Source: a virus
Virus record (IMG/VR): IMGVR_UViG_3300046168_000058
Span: 4,375 to 68,374 of that record
Length of the DNA stretch: 64,000 nt
Reading direction: 5' to 3' (one strand)
Position numbers and translations under genes: made by a program. Under the pieces are notes generated by a model that saw only the letters and a program-made list of their open reading frames with translations, was not told the DNA's origin and did not search any database. Below are positions 10,046 to 20,457 of this stretch, one piece after another. How positions within the stretch are numbered: the stretch's first letter is position 1; every line of letters begins with the position of its first letter.

Positions 10046-10333
10046 CTAGGAGACCGCCAGCTCTTCCGCTACCGGTTGAGATTTAGCCTTCTTAGTCTTC
10101 TTTACAGGTTTTGATTTTGGAGTATCTAGCCAAGCGGAAAAGAACATAGTCTTGTACAGCTTGCCCTGAGTTCTGAAAATATCATCTACTTCCTTTTGAT
10201 CGGTCGGCTCATACGAATAGTGCCTAATTTCAGGATCCCAGATAAATAAATATCTCTTTTGAGAGATGCCTTTAACACGAATTGATGGGGTCGTCCCCAT
10301 CATGTCTCTTTTTCCAAGAATGATGATTTTCAT
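10046..10333 (-). CDS. hypothetical protein
   Basis: 95-aa ORF between capsid and adaptor. Confidence 0.65.
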   Translation of the reverse strand: MKIIILGKRDMMGTTPSIRVKGISQKRYLFIWDPEIRHYSYEPTDQKEVDDIFRTQGKLYKTMFFSAWLDTPKSKPVKKTKKAKSQPVAEELAVS

Positions 10334-10340
10334 ATATTAT

Positions 10341-10374
10341 AAAAGCCTCTCCCCAGCGGATGCTGAGGAGAGGC
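10341..10374 (-). terminator. intrinsic terminator after major capsid gene
   Basis: Minus strand GCCTCTCCTCAGC-ATCC-GCTGGGGAGAGGC followed by TTTT. Confidence 0.8.
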
Positions 10375-10401
10375 CAAGTGGTTAGGTGGATAGGAAATCC
10401 A

Positions 10402-11904
10402 TTAAGGTTGTCCGAGAGACAAACCAGGGACCTGGCGTACTACTTCAACAAGTTGTACTCCGGGTATTCTTCCACGAGTGTCATGACGGGCAGCCATACC
10501 ATAGACAGACTGAACACCGACAGCGCTCAAGTGAGCTTCGTTTCCACTGTTGGCGAAGTCGTCGTAATGGAAGATTTGCTCTCCGTAGATAGAGCCCTTT
10601 GCGAAGTAAAGAGCATCTTTACCCATTGCAAGAGCGTAACCGATAGGGGTTCCGATTGCGTTAGCTTGTACGAACAAGGAGCCAGCACTGAATGCGTTAT
10701 CACCATCTCCTTTAACATTGTTGCCGTTCATTCCATCGGTGGCCTGAGTAACACGGACTAGCGTGATTTGTCCCTTGTTAGCGTTAACACTTGCCTGGGT
10801 GTAACGGTACAATGCAACAGTTCCGTCGGTATCAATACCAAGGATGTAATATGTTCCATCGTCGTCATCTCCCATTGCAGCTCCGCCTCCACCAGGGATG
10901 TTGATTTCCACACCGCGGAAGTTGGCAACATAATCACCATCGGCTCCGCCAAGAGCATTTGCGGCAACAGCATTAGGAATTGCGCTGTATGCGTAGAAGG
11001 TAGGAAGAAGAGGAGAACCTTGACGACCACGAGCGGTGTCAATCACAACATTGTGATTAGCAATGATGTTATTATCCCATTTTGCATAGCTTCCGCTGTA
11101 CAGTTTGTTGTCTGCACTGCGAACATCAGCAGCTGTGATAGCCTCGAGGTAGTCGGGGTCAGAACGCAGTGGGCGTAAGCATGCGTCAGGAGCGAAGAAT
11201 AAATAACCAGGAATTTCTTGGTTCTCGTCTCCGCCAGTGTTCATAGGCTCAGCACCGTTAGCGATCAATGCTTGTTTAGCTTCTTGGATGATGTCGGTAC
11301 TTAATCCGTCAACATATTTAAGAGCTCCGCCTGCACCGGTTCCGTATCCAGAAATAAGATTACTTCCAACAGCGTTTTTCAAGCAGATCTGACGAAGTGC
11401 ATATTGGATTTGGTCTTGCTCTGTACGGCTCATCCACTCGGACATAACCTCAGCGGAAAGCTGATCGATGGTTTTGCCGGTAAATCTCATGAGCTTAAGA
11501 ACTTGAGTCCAAGAAACAGCGTGACGGACGAGATCGATTTCAACATTGAATGTTCCGAAGTCGAGGGTATCAGTCGCATTCTTGAGGATTTCTTCCCCAC
11601 GAACACCTTGTCCTCTGATCGGAGCAACAGTAGTGAATGTAATCTTGTCTGATCCGCCTGCGGATAGATCGCGTTTTTCTGTGATTGGTTTACCACTTCC
11701 TTCTCCGCCGATGAACTTTGAGAATACATTCTTTTCTCTAGCGTCACGGGATACGAGCTCAGACCAAAGTCTTGAACGCAAATCGGAGTTAGCATTATTA
11801 AGTAAACCCTGATAGGAAGTTGTGTTAGATACGAGATCCACATTGCTAGCACCTTGTGCTGCAGCGATTGGATTGGGATTAGCTGGAATAGTTTTAATAG
11901 CCAT
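10402..11904 (-). CDS. major capsid protein (N4 gp56/DUF4043-like)
   Basis: LWS...F.KFIG....PI....DL..GG.D.ITF....I.GQGV.G...L....D.L.F..F...ID..RHAV pattern; follows scaffold; strong terminator downstream. Confidence 0.85.
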   Translation of the reverse strand: MAIKTIPANPNPIAAAQGASNVDLVSNTTSYQGLLNNANSDLRSRLWSELVSRDAREKNVFSKFIGGEGSGKPITEKRDLSAGGSDKITFTTVAPIRGQGVRGEEILKNATDTLDFGTFNVEIDLVRHAVSWTQVLKLMRFTGKTIDQLSAEVMSEWMSRTEQDQIQYALRQICLKNAVGSNLISGYGTGAGGALKYVDGLSTDIIQEAKQALIANGAEPMNTGGDENQEIPGYLFFAPDACLRPLRSDPDYLEAITAADVRSADNKLYSGSYAKWDNNIIANHNVVIDTARGRQGSPLLPTFYAYSAIPNAVAANALGGADGDYVANFRGVEINIPGGGGAAMGDDDDGTYYILGIDTDGTVALYRYTQASVNANKGQITLVRVTQATDGMNGNNVKGDGDNAFSAGSLFVQANAIGTPIGYALAMGKDALYFAKGSIYGEQIFHYDDFANSGNEAHLSAVGVQSVYGMAARHDTRGRIPGVQLVEVVRQVPGLSLGQP

Positions 11905-11940
11905 TGTATTATATAATTTTGATTAGGTTAGATTTATACG

Positions 11941-12990
11941 CTACCTAAGCGGAGTGGCTCCTCCAGGGGCTCCCAGCAATTTGTAAAGATCATCATTACT
12001 CATACCGGGAAGTGCCTGAATTAAACCATCGCGAGTAGCGGGTTGATTTACAGGTTGTGCCGTAGTCCCAGTCGTCAATACCTTCGTTTGAGTTCCCATC
12101 TGCGGTGCCTGAGGAGCGGGAGCGACCGGTTGTTCTACCGGTGCCGGCTGCTGCTGAGGAATATTTGCGGCTGCGAACTCATTGGCTAATAATTCCGGCC
12201 AACGAGGTGAGTCAAAAACTGCGGCGTAATCGGGGTCGTTCTGAGCCTGTGAGACATAATCATCGAACTGCTTGCGAAGGACATTGTCTTTGTTCTGCAG
12301 ATCTGGATAACGCTCGTAAACTCGATCACGGCTTTCCATCGCTTTGCTGCGATGGGTTTGATAAACATGCTGTTCCTGCTCGCGTTGCATTTGCTCTTTA
12401 CGGAGAGTCAAGTTTTGCAACTCAAGTTCTTGCTTCATAATCTCACGCTGTATTTTTAGCGCTTGAGTAGTCTCAAGTTCTTCTGCTGCTTTCTCGACTT
12501 TTCCTTCAAGCTCTAGAATGCTTGCTCGGATATCATCAGCTTGTTTATCGATACCTTGGATGGGATCGGGCTCGGACGCCTCGACTTGATCCTGATTAGG
12601 TTGTAAATTTTGTTGAGCTGGTTGTTGCGCTTCCTGACCGTAGATAATTCTCGAAGCATCGGCGAATGATCCTTGGAATCCTTCAGATCTATAGAGATCA
12701 ATGACTTGTTGGTCCATCTCGTTGCGGGGACGAATCCTTCGCTTTGCGAGCTTTTCCTCTTCAGTCTCAGTTTCCTCTGGCTCTTGGCCTTCAGCCTGCG
12801 GCTCTTGGACTTCGGCTTCTGGCTCTGGGATTTGCTCCTCAGGCTGAACTTCTTGGGTCGGAACCTCTTGATTGACTTCGGCAGTCTGCGTTATACCTAA
12901 AGCATTGCGAAGATCGTCGGTTGACGCATTCTCAATACTAAACTCTGATTCGGTTTGCGGGGATTCAACCTCCGCAGTTTCTGTATCCAT
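11941..12990 (-). CDS. capsid scaffolding protein
   Basis: Acidic E/Q/P-rich coiled-coil protein directly upstream of the capsid gene. Confidence 0.7.
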   Translation of the reverse strand: MDTETAEVESPQTESEFSIENASTDDLRNALGITQTAEVNQEVPTQEVQPEEQIPEPEAEVQEPQAEGQEPEETETEEEKLAKRRIRPRNEMDQQVIDLYRSEGFQGSFADASRIIYGQEAQQPAQQNLQPNQDQVEASEPDPIQGIDKQADDIRASILELEGKVEKAAEELETTQALKIQREIMKQELELQNLTLRKEQMQREQEQHVYQTHRSKAMESRDRVYERYPDLQNKDNVLRKQFDDYVSQAQNDPDYAAVFDSPRWPELLANEFAAANIPQQQPAPVEQPVAPAPQAPQMGTQTKVLTTGTTAQPVNQPATRDGLIQALPGMSNDDLYKLLGAPGGATPLR

Positions 12991-13038
12991 AATGCGAAGA
13001 TATACTTCGCACTACAAAAAAGTAACCGGTTGGAAAAA

Positions 13039-13170
13039 TTATTTTCCTTTAGGTTTGTAGGACTTAGTTCCTGGTTTGCTGTCAAGCTTAGCCTGGCATC
13101 CAAACTTTGCACATATGGATGGAGCGAGACAGTCTTTACCACAGGGTACTTTACTAGTTTTTTTGTTCAT
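13039..13170 (-). CDS. small Cys/Lys-rich protein, 43 aa
   Basis: Not in ORF track; MNKKTSKVPCGKDCLAPSICAKFGCQAK... Confidence 0.5.
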   Translation of the reverse strand: MNKKTSKVPCGKDCLAPSICAKFGCQAKLDSKPGTKSYKPKGK

Positions 13171-13312
13171 CTCTTTTGATTTTGATTAGTTTCCAAATTA
13201 AATAGACACAGGTTAGTGCTCCAGCCATAGCTCCGAAGAGATCATTCCACTGGCCAAGGGTGAAAGAAAGAGTTGTACCTAAGAATCCTATAGTTGGTGT
13301 TGGGTCATTCAT
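13154..13312 (-). CDS. small holin-like membrane protein, 52 aa
   Basis: ATG at 13312 overlaps the upstream TGA; two hydrophobic segments and a basic C-tail. Confidence 0.6.
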   Translation of the reverse strand: MNDPTPTIGFLGTTLSFTLGQWNDLFGAMAGALTCVYLIWKLIKIKRDEQKN

Positions 13313-13773
13313 CGTCTTCCTCCAGGTGTGAAATAAAATCCGACAATCATCGGCAACACGACGGATGTTTGGAAGAGGCATAGGTGTCCGCTTGTAATGA
13401 CCATATGGGTTTGCTCTGCTGGAAAACTGAGGAGCCCGAAAAGAATTTCTGTTCGTCCTTCCCCCGTAATGTTTGTTGAACTGAGTATTGGGACTGACGG
13501 ATAAATCGCTGTGATGCAAGTGACGAAGGCGATGGAGCCCATTCCGATGAGTGCGAGCATCCGGCGTGTAGCCCTAGTGAAAGCACCCCCATCACCACTG
13601 TTAAGACTTTCCTGGAATTTAATAGCAAACTCGTTATTCCGAGCTTCTCTTGCCATTTCAATTTCATACTTTTGTTGCCGAGCATCCGTAAGCATACCAA
13701 ATACACCTTTAAGTATGCTACCCATTGCGGCTGAACCGCCGCCCGTCAGGAATAAAGTTAGTAGTTCAAACAT
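13309..13773 (-). CDS. putative holin (multi-TM membrane protein)
   Basis: Hydrophobic N-terminus, RATRR followed by a TM segment, C-terminal MIVGFYF..GGRR. Confidence 0.6.
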   Translation of the reverse strand: MFELLTLFLTGGGSAAMGSILKGVFGMLTDARQQKYEIEMAREARNNEFAIKFQESLNSGDGGAFTRATRRMLALIGMGSIAFVTCITAIYPSVPILSSTNITGEGRTEILFGLLSFPAEQTHMVITSGHLCLFQTSVVLPMIVGFYFTPGGRR

Positions 13774-13991
13774 TACCGGCTTTTCTCAAAAAGTTTTTGA
13801 ATATCTCTTCTGCGGTCTTCGACGACCTTATTAAGAATTGCGATTCTTTCTGTTTTACGAGCATCGGAAATCTGAAGCTCGCGAACATGCTCTTTCATTA
13901 AATCAATCTCCACCTTATTCTTCTTAAGAAAAAAAGCTAAAACCGAAAGGCCTACGCCGATACCGGCAAACATATATGATGATAGTTCCAT
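13773..13991 (-). CDS. small membrane-anchored coiled-coil protein
   Basis: N-terminal TM segment plus heptad repeats. Confidence 0.6.
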   Translation of the reverse strand: MELSSYMFAGIGVGLSVLAFFLKKNKVEIDLMKEHVRELQISDARKTERIAILNKVVEDRRRDIQKLFEKSR

Positions 13992-14314
13992 TAGTGTTTG
14001 GCGGTTTCCTGGTATCTTATTTTGTCAAGCTGCTCTTCATGCTTGTTCATTTGCTTCTCAAGAAAAATAAGCCTCATGTTCTGCTCTGCATCGTCAGGTA
14101 ATGCTCCGAGCTCACCTCTCGGCCACTTAATTCTGAACTCCGCGTTCATTTCCACATCATGCTGCAATCGAAGGATCTCCATCTCTAGGGTGTTAAGTCT
14201 GGCGTAGATCATAGCTCCCGAGTAAACGATAAAAATGGCGGTCCCAAAAACTTTGGCTATAAAACCGAGGTTGGTTTTAACCTGCTTTGCCTCACCTATT
14301 TCTTCTTGGGTCAT
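13991..14314 (-). CDS. membrane-anchored coiled-coil protein
   Basis: One TM segment followed by coiled coil; coupled start/stop with neighbours. Confidence 0.65.
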   Translation of the reverse strand: MTQEEIGEAKQVKTNLGFIAKVFGTAIFIVYSGAMIYARLNTLEMEILRLQHDVEMNAEFRIKWPRGELGALPDDAEQNMRLIFLEKQMNKHEEQLDKIRYQETAKH

Positions 14315-16581
14315 AGCAATGAGGGTATTAGTTTTGCGTTGTTATTTACTGATGAAAGCTTCGCGTTTGCGTTTAGAGTTTCTTCAAGCTGTGGCTGAAC
14401 ATTTATAGCCATAGCTCCTGAGTCCATGGTTATAGGTCCGTTACCGGCTACCAGGACAGACCTGTCGTCATCTCTGTACAACCTACCACCTCCTACTACC
14501 ACAGCATTAGACCCTACATTTTGTATTTTAATGTCAGCGTTTCCTACATTTATCTGGTAGTTGTTTTGATTAATAGCGGTCATACCATTGAACCACTGCT
14601 CGACCCCATCTTCTGTAGTCGTTGAGTATGTGAAAAATGCATAAATATCTTTAACACTTGCGGTACCATCTGAATCATCGATATCGATTCCCATTGGATC
14701 CCCGTAGTCTGAAATAAGAGTACCATCCGACGAGTTAAGAGTCTTTGATACTTCGCTACCGTTTATCGCATTTAAATTGTAAATTTCATCTGCTTGCTGG
14801 TCTACCTGGAAGGTTATGCCCGCCGCAGTAGCCACTCCGGTCTTCTCGACGGGAAGCATTGCTTCAGCATCAACCACGCATGAAACTCTAAGTCTTATGA
14901 CATCCCCGACTGAAATTTGACTTCCATTGTAGGAGCCCGTGACATCTATAAAGTCGCCTGCACTACCACTTAGCTTTTCTGTGTGAACGAGTGCATTACT
15001 CTTAGTTACATTTACAAGCTGTATGCGAGAGGTGGCTTCCACATTTTTTATTTCCCAAGGAAGTGTTGTGGTGTCCTTAAATCTTCCTATTACTTCTGCA
15101 TCATTTAAAAGTGTGGCAGTACCATCAGTAAGTATATTACCTATAAAAGTGGTGGCTTTGATTGTTAAAGTATTACCGCTAATCGCAAATGCAGAACCTG
15201 CATTTTTGTCCACCACCACATCATAAGAGCCCGCATCAATTGTGTTACCATCTTTCGACACCAATGGTGACAGTTCTCCTGCATAGTTATCGACTAAATA
15301 TGATTTTGCTATGTCGTAAAATTTTTGTGGAGTATCTATTAAAGTATACGCATCTACAGTTGCCTTCGATGCTTCAGACACTACCAGATCTGGTGTCATT
15401 TTAACTGTGCTTTGCAAAGCATCGAGTCCAACTAAATCCTCTGCAAATCCAGTGATAGTTTGGTTGTATGCAATAATAGAGAATGGAATTTCTGAATTTG
15501 AATTTGTGCGAGAATCAGTGGTGATGGTCTTATCAATGTAATTGATTACCTCGACCAAAACATCTTCATCTAGATTGCTAGTCTGGTTGACTCCATTGTA
15601 AATCTTATCAGATCTATCATCTTGATTTTTTGGCCCAAATGCTCTGTTGCCACTGTCTAAATCTTTAGCGTAATACGAATAGGTTAATGGGTTACCATCC
15701 AAATCTTCCACCACTAAACTTATAGGTCTGACGCATTTTAGATACATGAAATTGTTTCTTGCTGCATCGAGTGCGACTCTTAGTCTGTCAGAAAAACCTT
15801 TGATGGTAATTGTCTCTCCACTTGATTTAGTTCTAGTAACATTAATTATGTCGAAGTCATGTAAGTTTGGGCCTGTGTCGAAGTTCTCAAAAGTCAGTGG
15901 TGGGAATGGTGAATTATAACTCTGGAATCCTCCTTTTTTAAATTTAAAGATTCCGACATTCCATCCGCTTTTTGTGAAGACCCTAGACTCCAAAGTCTCT
16001 CCATCGAAAGTTAAATTGTAAATATTTATTTTTGCGTCACTTGTCGAGTTAGTGGACTCAATCCTGAACTGAGATGTGTTCGTGTTTGATGATCCCTGCT
16101 TTGCAAGGTTGTAGAAAATCCCACTATTGACTGTGACTGTTGCCCCATTTGCAGTACGCAAAGTTGCAGTAGTACGAATTATTCCACCATTCCATAAGAA
16201 TGTAGAATTGCTACCAAACGAAATCCCAAAGGTATTATACATTTGCCCAGTCAAATTCTCATTGGGTAGATCAATACCCACTCCGACTGAGTATTTATCT
16301 TTTCCATTGGCAGTAGTTTTCACACCTAAATTTAATGTGCCTGTTACTGTGAGTGGATGCCCACTACCTGCATTGATCGCTTGCTTCATCACTTGCAAGG
16401 TCTCATAGGCAGGATCAATGCTTAGTGTTCCTTGAACCTCTAAGAAATGAGTTGATGCAATTGTATAAGTAGTGTGATTTCCACGAACTGTAGTAGTCAC
16501 TCCTGGCACTCCATTCAGCTCACTAAGATCAATGTCTGTACCTGTTTGCGTAATCTTGTTACTTGCTTCAGAAAAACTCAT
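14311..16581 (-). CDS. putative tail fibre/spike-associated protein
   Basis: 756 aa, N/T/S/G-rich beta composition, in the fibre cluster. Confidence 0.6.
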   Translation of the reverse strand: MSFSEASNKITQTGTDIDLSELNGVPGVTTTVRGNHTTYTIASTHFLEVQGTLSIDPAYETLQVMKQAINAGSGHPLTVTGTLNLGVKTTANGKDKYSVGVGIDLPNENLTGQMYNTFGISFGSNSTFLWNGGIIRTTATLRTANGATVTVNSGIFYNLAKQGSSNTNTSQFRIESTNSTSDAKINIYNLTFDGETLESRVFTKSGWNVGIFKFKKGGFQSYNSPFPPLTFENFDTGPNLHDFDIINVTRTKSSGETITIKGFSDRLRVALDAARNNFMYLKCVRPISLVVEDLDGNPLTYSYYAKDLDSGNRAFGPKNQDDRSDKIYNGVNQTSNLDEDVLVEVINYIDKTITTDSRTNSNSEIPFSIIAYNQTITGFAEDLVGLDALQSTVKMTPDLVVSEASKATVDAYTLIDTPQKFYDIAKSYLVDNYAGELSPLVSKDGNTIDAGSYDVVVDKNAGSAFAISGNTLTIKATTFIGNILTDGTATLLNDAEVIGRFKDTTTLPWEIKNVEATSRIQLVNVTKSNALVHTEKLSGSAGDFIDVTGSYNGSQISVGDVIRLRVSCVVDAEAMLPVEKTGVATAAGITFQVDQQADEIYNLNAINGSEVSKTLNSSDGTLISDYGDPMGIDIDDSDGTASVKDIYAFFTYSTTTEDGVEQWFNGMTAINQNNYQINVGNADIKIQNVGSNAVVVGGGRLYRDDDRSVLVAGNGPITMDSGAMAINVQPQLEETLNANAKLSSVNNNAKLIPSLL

Positions 16582-16899
16582 GCGTAATCCTTTGTAATTG
16601 ATGCTAGATTACCATCTCCATCGTAGGTTAAAGTCTTAGTGAGAGTGGTAGTATCAGAGCCGTCTTTTTCTACTACGCTAGTTAGATTACCGCTTGTATA
16701 TGTAAATGTCTTACTTCCCACTTTTGTTCCCTTCCCGCTGTCCGTCCATGTCGTCTGCGCTGTAAGCAGACCGGCTGTGAATGTAGGCTCCGAGTAGTTA
16801 TCGGATGAGCTGTCTCCTCCAATACCATCGATACGATCAGATAGGGACTTTAACTCAGTCCCTATCTTCGTACCGATCTGTGAAAAGATGTCAGGACAT
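16578..16899 (-). CDS. ~106-aa fibre-associated protein whose only ATG is one base out of frame (frameshift or sequence error)
   Basis: ATG TCC TGA C at 16899; the +1 frame reads DIFSQIGTKIGTELK..., similar to the N-terminus of 16908..19532 (DILGKVGEKVGSEIK); stop overlaps the next ATG (ATGA). Confidence 0.65.
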
Positions 16900-16907
16900 C
16901 CTTAAGC

Positions 16908-19532
16908 TTAAGCATCAAATGGTGAGTGCTGTTCGTTAGCAGCAGGCTCAAAATCAGACCATAGTAATCTAAAAGGATCTATTGTTAGTACAGGACCGGT
17001 AAAAGACGACATGTCGTTTCCTCCACTAGTTTTTGCCGCTTCGGTTACCAGAGAATTATCTGCGCTTATGTAGAAATATCGCGGCACATCACGACCCCAA
17101 GCGAGTACTGACTCAAAGCCTCCATAGATTTCGGTAATACCAGAGTCACTTAAATCTGTGTTTAGCTGATACGATTCATCTATATATTTTCTATAAGGTG
17201 TCGCGTAGTCATGGCTAACAGTCCACATGTCTGAAGAACTTGACGCCGTCCCATCATAAACATGTAGCTTACCATCCTTTACAAACTGAAACCTATTGAT
17301 GTGAACAGCGGGATTTAGGGAACTGTCATTTGCTTCGATTACAATAGTTTCAGAGCTAACGCCCGCACCTGCGATATAACTTGGCGGCCCGTTAACCGCT
17401 ATAACTAGCGCGCTTTCAAAGCTGGCGTAATTACCAAGGTCAATATTGTTAATCTTAATACCGCTGGAGTCTGCTACCTTAAGGGCACTACCTGCACTAA
17501 CATCAATATTACCCGTTACTGTCTGCCCGGCGGATGTGTCAAACAACTCTTTCCACACCCCTCCATGAGCGAAGTATCCTCTACCCGTATCATGGACATG
17601 CGCAAACATGCCGTGATATGTGGAAGCGCTTGGAAGATCGCTCGCGCTAGGGAAGACATTAGAGTAAAATATTTTTGAACCACTGCCATCTTTGGAGAAA
17701 GACCAAGCATCTAAGTCCTGATTCCAAACAAGCTCAGCATCGGGAAGCACAGCTCCCGCTTCTGAGTATGTAGCGATAGTCGCGTATCCCATATCTAGCT
17801 GGTTACCAGCGCCGCCATCCCTTTCTTTCCAGGCTGTTTTGACCCTACTTTGTATTAGACCGTTATAGACAGCTGTCTCTATTCTGTAACTTTTGGGGGT
17901 ACCCGCATTTTCAGTAAGATTACCTGTTGTGTCAGCAGGACCCGATACAACTCCTTCAGCTGGCTTAGCTCCAGTCCATTCTAATGTAAGACTGGTTACA
18001 TTATTACTGCTATTGTATGAAGGTGTGATATCCCAGCCCGCTTCGGCAGCAGTGTAGGTCAAAGAACCTTTAGACCCAGATACTGCAGCTATTACACTAT
18101 TATCTTGATCGCCACTGTTTGGATCTCTCTGTCTTAAATACAGTTCATTACTTATATGATAAAGATCTGTATTTTTACTGATGCCGGCAACATGTTCCAT
18201 TTCGACTTGGTATCCCGACAACGACAAGCCGTCACTCCGATATGAGGTAACGGAGCCACCGAAGGGGAACTCAACTGGGTTGCTGTGCGTGTAAAACTTG
18301 GTTTGTTGTTTCCAATCTGCTGAAGTTCCTGTAGGTGTCCCGGCTCCTGCGGGCTCCTTAGAATCGCCTGATCCAAAAGATGATATGTAGGTCTTTTGGT
18401 CTGCGAAATTAACAGGCACCAAAGAATTTTCACTAGTGAACATACTTGAATTGCCGGTAAAATAATCATTTGATGAATCATCGTAGTACCTAAACGACCA
18501 CCATCCATCGTAGTCACCACCAGTACTAGGCTTGTAATACTCGCCACCAGCCCCTGTCGCGTCGTCCATTCTTTTGTAATAGATGGTGCCAGCTGTTTCT
18601 CCATCAAATTTCTTAAAAGAGATCTTGTATGTTACATGTTCAGACACAGCGGTCATGGAGCTTCCTCTTTTTAAATACTTCGGCCAATAGCGAGTGGCGT
18701 CAGTCATATTATCAAAAGTTGATCCATCCTCTGAGCTATGACTAAATCGATATACAGACGCATCAAACACCCACGGTTCTATAGCATAGTCCGCACTGTA
18801 GTACCTACCGGCATAGTAAGAATCGCCAGTGTAGTTCGAAAACGCACCTGTTGGTGCGAAACGATAATCTGTCCAGCTTGGTATATTCGAAGGACCGAGA
18901 TTGTAATCCACACTACTTGGAGCGTTGTATACCTGCGTAAGACTAAAATCACTGCCCGGGATAAAATTTTTAATAAATTCTGACCCAGGGAGCTGAGCGG
19001 TCGGTTTGTATGATGTTCCCAGTTCTGTTATAACGTACTCGCCCCCTTCTATTGACTGCGACTTGGCTGCAGTAAGACTTGTGGCAATATCTGTATCCTG
19101 TACATAACTCCCGGCTTGTAATCCACGATTTACAGCAATACCACCAGTATTCGTAGTTATGTTACCATCGGCCGCAAGGTTAACCTCAATCATGTTATCA
19201 GAGACCTCAACAGTCTGAGTATTAACAATTGTGGTATCTCCTCTGACGATGAGCTCATCTACTTCAGCCCTTGAAGCTTTTAGGTTTGAGAAGGTGCTCG
19301 AACCATTAGCATATGCCGCTAAGCTAGCTTTAGTGGAGTATGGGGAAAGATCTAAATTCTCTATTTTCTGATCAACGACGCCAAGGGAAACCACCGTGGC
19401 GTAAGGACTAAAATCAATTGTGCTTGAGACATTCCCTAAGCTGACCTTAGTCGCGTAGTTGTCTTTAATGTTTTTAATTTCTGAGCCGACTTTTTCGCCG
19501 ACTTTACCGAGAATATCTGTTGCTGTGGACAT
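16908..19532 (-). CDS. tail fibre protein
   Basis: GDTTIVNTQTVEVSDNMIEVN and FAHVHDTGRGYFAHGGVW motifs seen in phage fibre proteins. Confidence 0.7.
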   Translation of the reverse strand: MSTATDILGKVGEKVGSEIKNIKDNYATKVSLGNVSSTIDFSPYATVVSLGVVDQKIENLDLSPYSTKASLAAYANGSSTFSNLKASRAEVDELIVRGDTTIVNTQTVEVSDNMIEVNLAADGNITTNTGGIAVNRGLQAGSYVQDTDIATSLTAAKSQSIEGGEYVITELGTSYKPTAQLPGSEFIKNFIPGSDFSLTQVYNAPSSVDYNLGPSNIPSWTDYRFAPTGAFSNYTGDSYYAGRYYSADYAIEPWVFDASVYRFSHSSEDGSTFDNMTDATRYWPKYLKRGSSMTAVSEHVTYKISFKKFDGETAGTIYYKRMDDATGAGGEYYKPSTGGDYDGWWSFRYYDDSSNDYFTGNSSMFTSENSLVPVNFADQKTYISSFGSGDSKEPAGAGTPTGTSADWKQQTKFYTHSNPVEFPFGGSVTSYRSDGLSLSGYQVEMEHVAGISKNTDLYHISNELYLRQRDPNSGDQDNSVIAAVSGSKGSLTYTAAEAGWDITPSYNSSNNVTSLTLEWTGAKPAEGVVSGPADTTGNLTENAGTPKSYRIETAVYNGLIQSRVKTAWKERDGGAGNQLDMGYATIATYSEAGAVLPDAELVWNQDLDAWSFSKDGSGSKIFYSNVFPSASDLPSASTYHGMFAHVHDTGRGYFAHGGVWKELFDTSAGQTVTGNIDVSAGSALKVADSSGIKINNIDLGNYASFESALVIAVNGPPSYIAGAGVSSETIVIEANDSSLNPAVHINRFQFVKDGKLHVYDGTASSSSDMWTVSHDYATPYRKYIDESYQLNTDLSDSGITEIYGGFESVLAWGRDVPRYFYISADNSLVTEAAKTSGGNDMSSFTGPVLTIDPFRLLWSDFEPAANEQHSPFDA

Positions 19533-19538
19533 GGTTTA

Positions 19539-19952
19539 TTATGTTAAGGTTGTTTCTAAATGGTTTCTAAAAGATTCATAATTCCCGTATTCAATGCGAA
19601 TCTCATTCATTGCGGGTTCTTCAATGTATTCTAAATCGTTCCAACTGTTAAAACCGTCGCCGACCTTCAATCTTTTGTTTGTGATATCGTACCCTATGCT
19701 ACCCTGTTGCAGAGCGGGATTTAAATCGGTCCACTCCTCCGCAGTCTTTGATTGAACCCCCGCGCTGACTAACGAAGAAAGCTCGGCAAAGCCGGCTTCG
19801 TAGGTCGACTTAAGGACAAAAATATCTACAGATCTTCCAACTAAAGTCCCCGCTGCTGCTAGCGAGACAGCATCGTCCTCAGGCTTGGCAATATTCTGAA
19901 TAGATATATCACCAGAATAGCTCCCACTCTGAATGGATATATCACCAGTCAT
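19539..19952 (-). CDS. protein with major tropism determinant N-terminal-like domain
   Basis: TAEEWTDLNPAL..G.IGYDITNKRLKVGDG..SWNDL.Y motif. Confidence 0.75.
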   Translation of the reverse strand: MTGDISIQSGSYSGDISIQNIAKPEDDAVSLAAAGTLVGRSVDIFVLKSTYEAGFAELSSLVSAGVQSKTAEEWTDLNPALQQGSIGYDITNKRLKVGDGFNSWNDLEYIEEPAMNEIRIEYGNYESFRNHLETTLT

Positions 19953-19968
19953 CCTAGAGTCTCTAGGC

Positions 19969-20256
19969 TTATGTGACCGTGATTGTGGAGTCTGTTAAGT
20001 CGCCAGGACCGAAACCGCCAGAGTTTTTGGAGAAAGCACCGTAAGTATATTCACCAGCATCTACCGCTGATTCTGTATACTCTTGAGAAGCGTTAGCAGA
20101 ACCAACAGCTTCAGAAGCCACTAAACTTGCGCCAGATCTGAAAGTTTCCATGTTGGATTCTGCTGTGTGATCTCCACTCTTACGATATACTTCAATAGTG
20201 TCTATATCGGATACGGTTGCGGGGTTTGTCCACGATAGTTTTATGTTTTTAGCCAT
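19969..20256 (-). CDS. second stand-alone FN3-like protein (begins at strand B)
   Basis: IKLSWTNP...IEVYR...EYTE...YTYGAFSKNSGGFG; paralogue of 1162..1437; own promoter box. Confidence 0.75.
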   Translation of the reverse strand: MAKNIKLSWTNPATVSDIDTIEVYRKSGDHTAESNMETFRSGASLVASEAVGSANASQEYTESAVDAGEYTYGAFSKNSGGFGPGDLTDSTITVT

Positions 20257-20325
20257 ATTATTAAATTAGATTACGGTTTTAGTTTGTATACAGATTTGAG
20301 GGTTATCAATCGGTTGGCTTTTTAC

Positions 20326-20457
20326 CTAGCTGTTTTTAACGGGGGCAGGCTTGCTAGGTAGAACGACAGGTGAAACCTTTGAGTTTTTCAATGCCTCGGG
20401 TCTGTTCGGCAGGATTATATTGCCTGGATGTTTGTCGACAGTCTTTACAGTCTTCAT
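20326..20457 (-). CDS. small Pro/Lys-rich protein, 43 aa
   Basis: ATGA overlap with the upstream gene; not in ORF track. Confidence 0.45.
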   Translation of the reverse strand: MKTVKTVDKHPGNIILPNRPEALKNSKVSPVVLPSKPAPVKNS

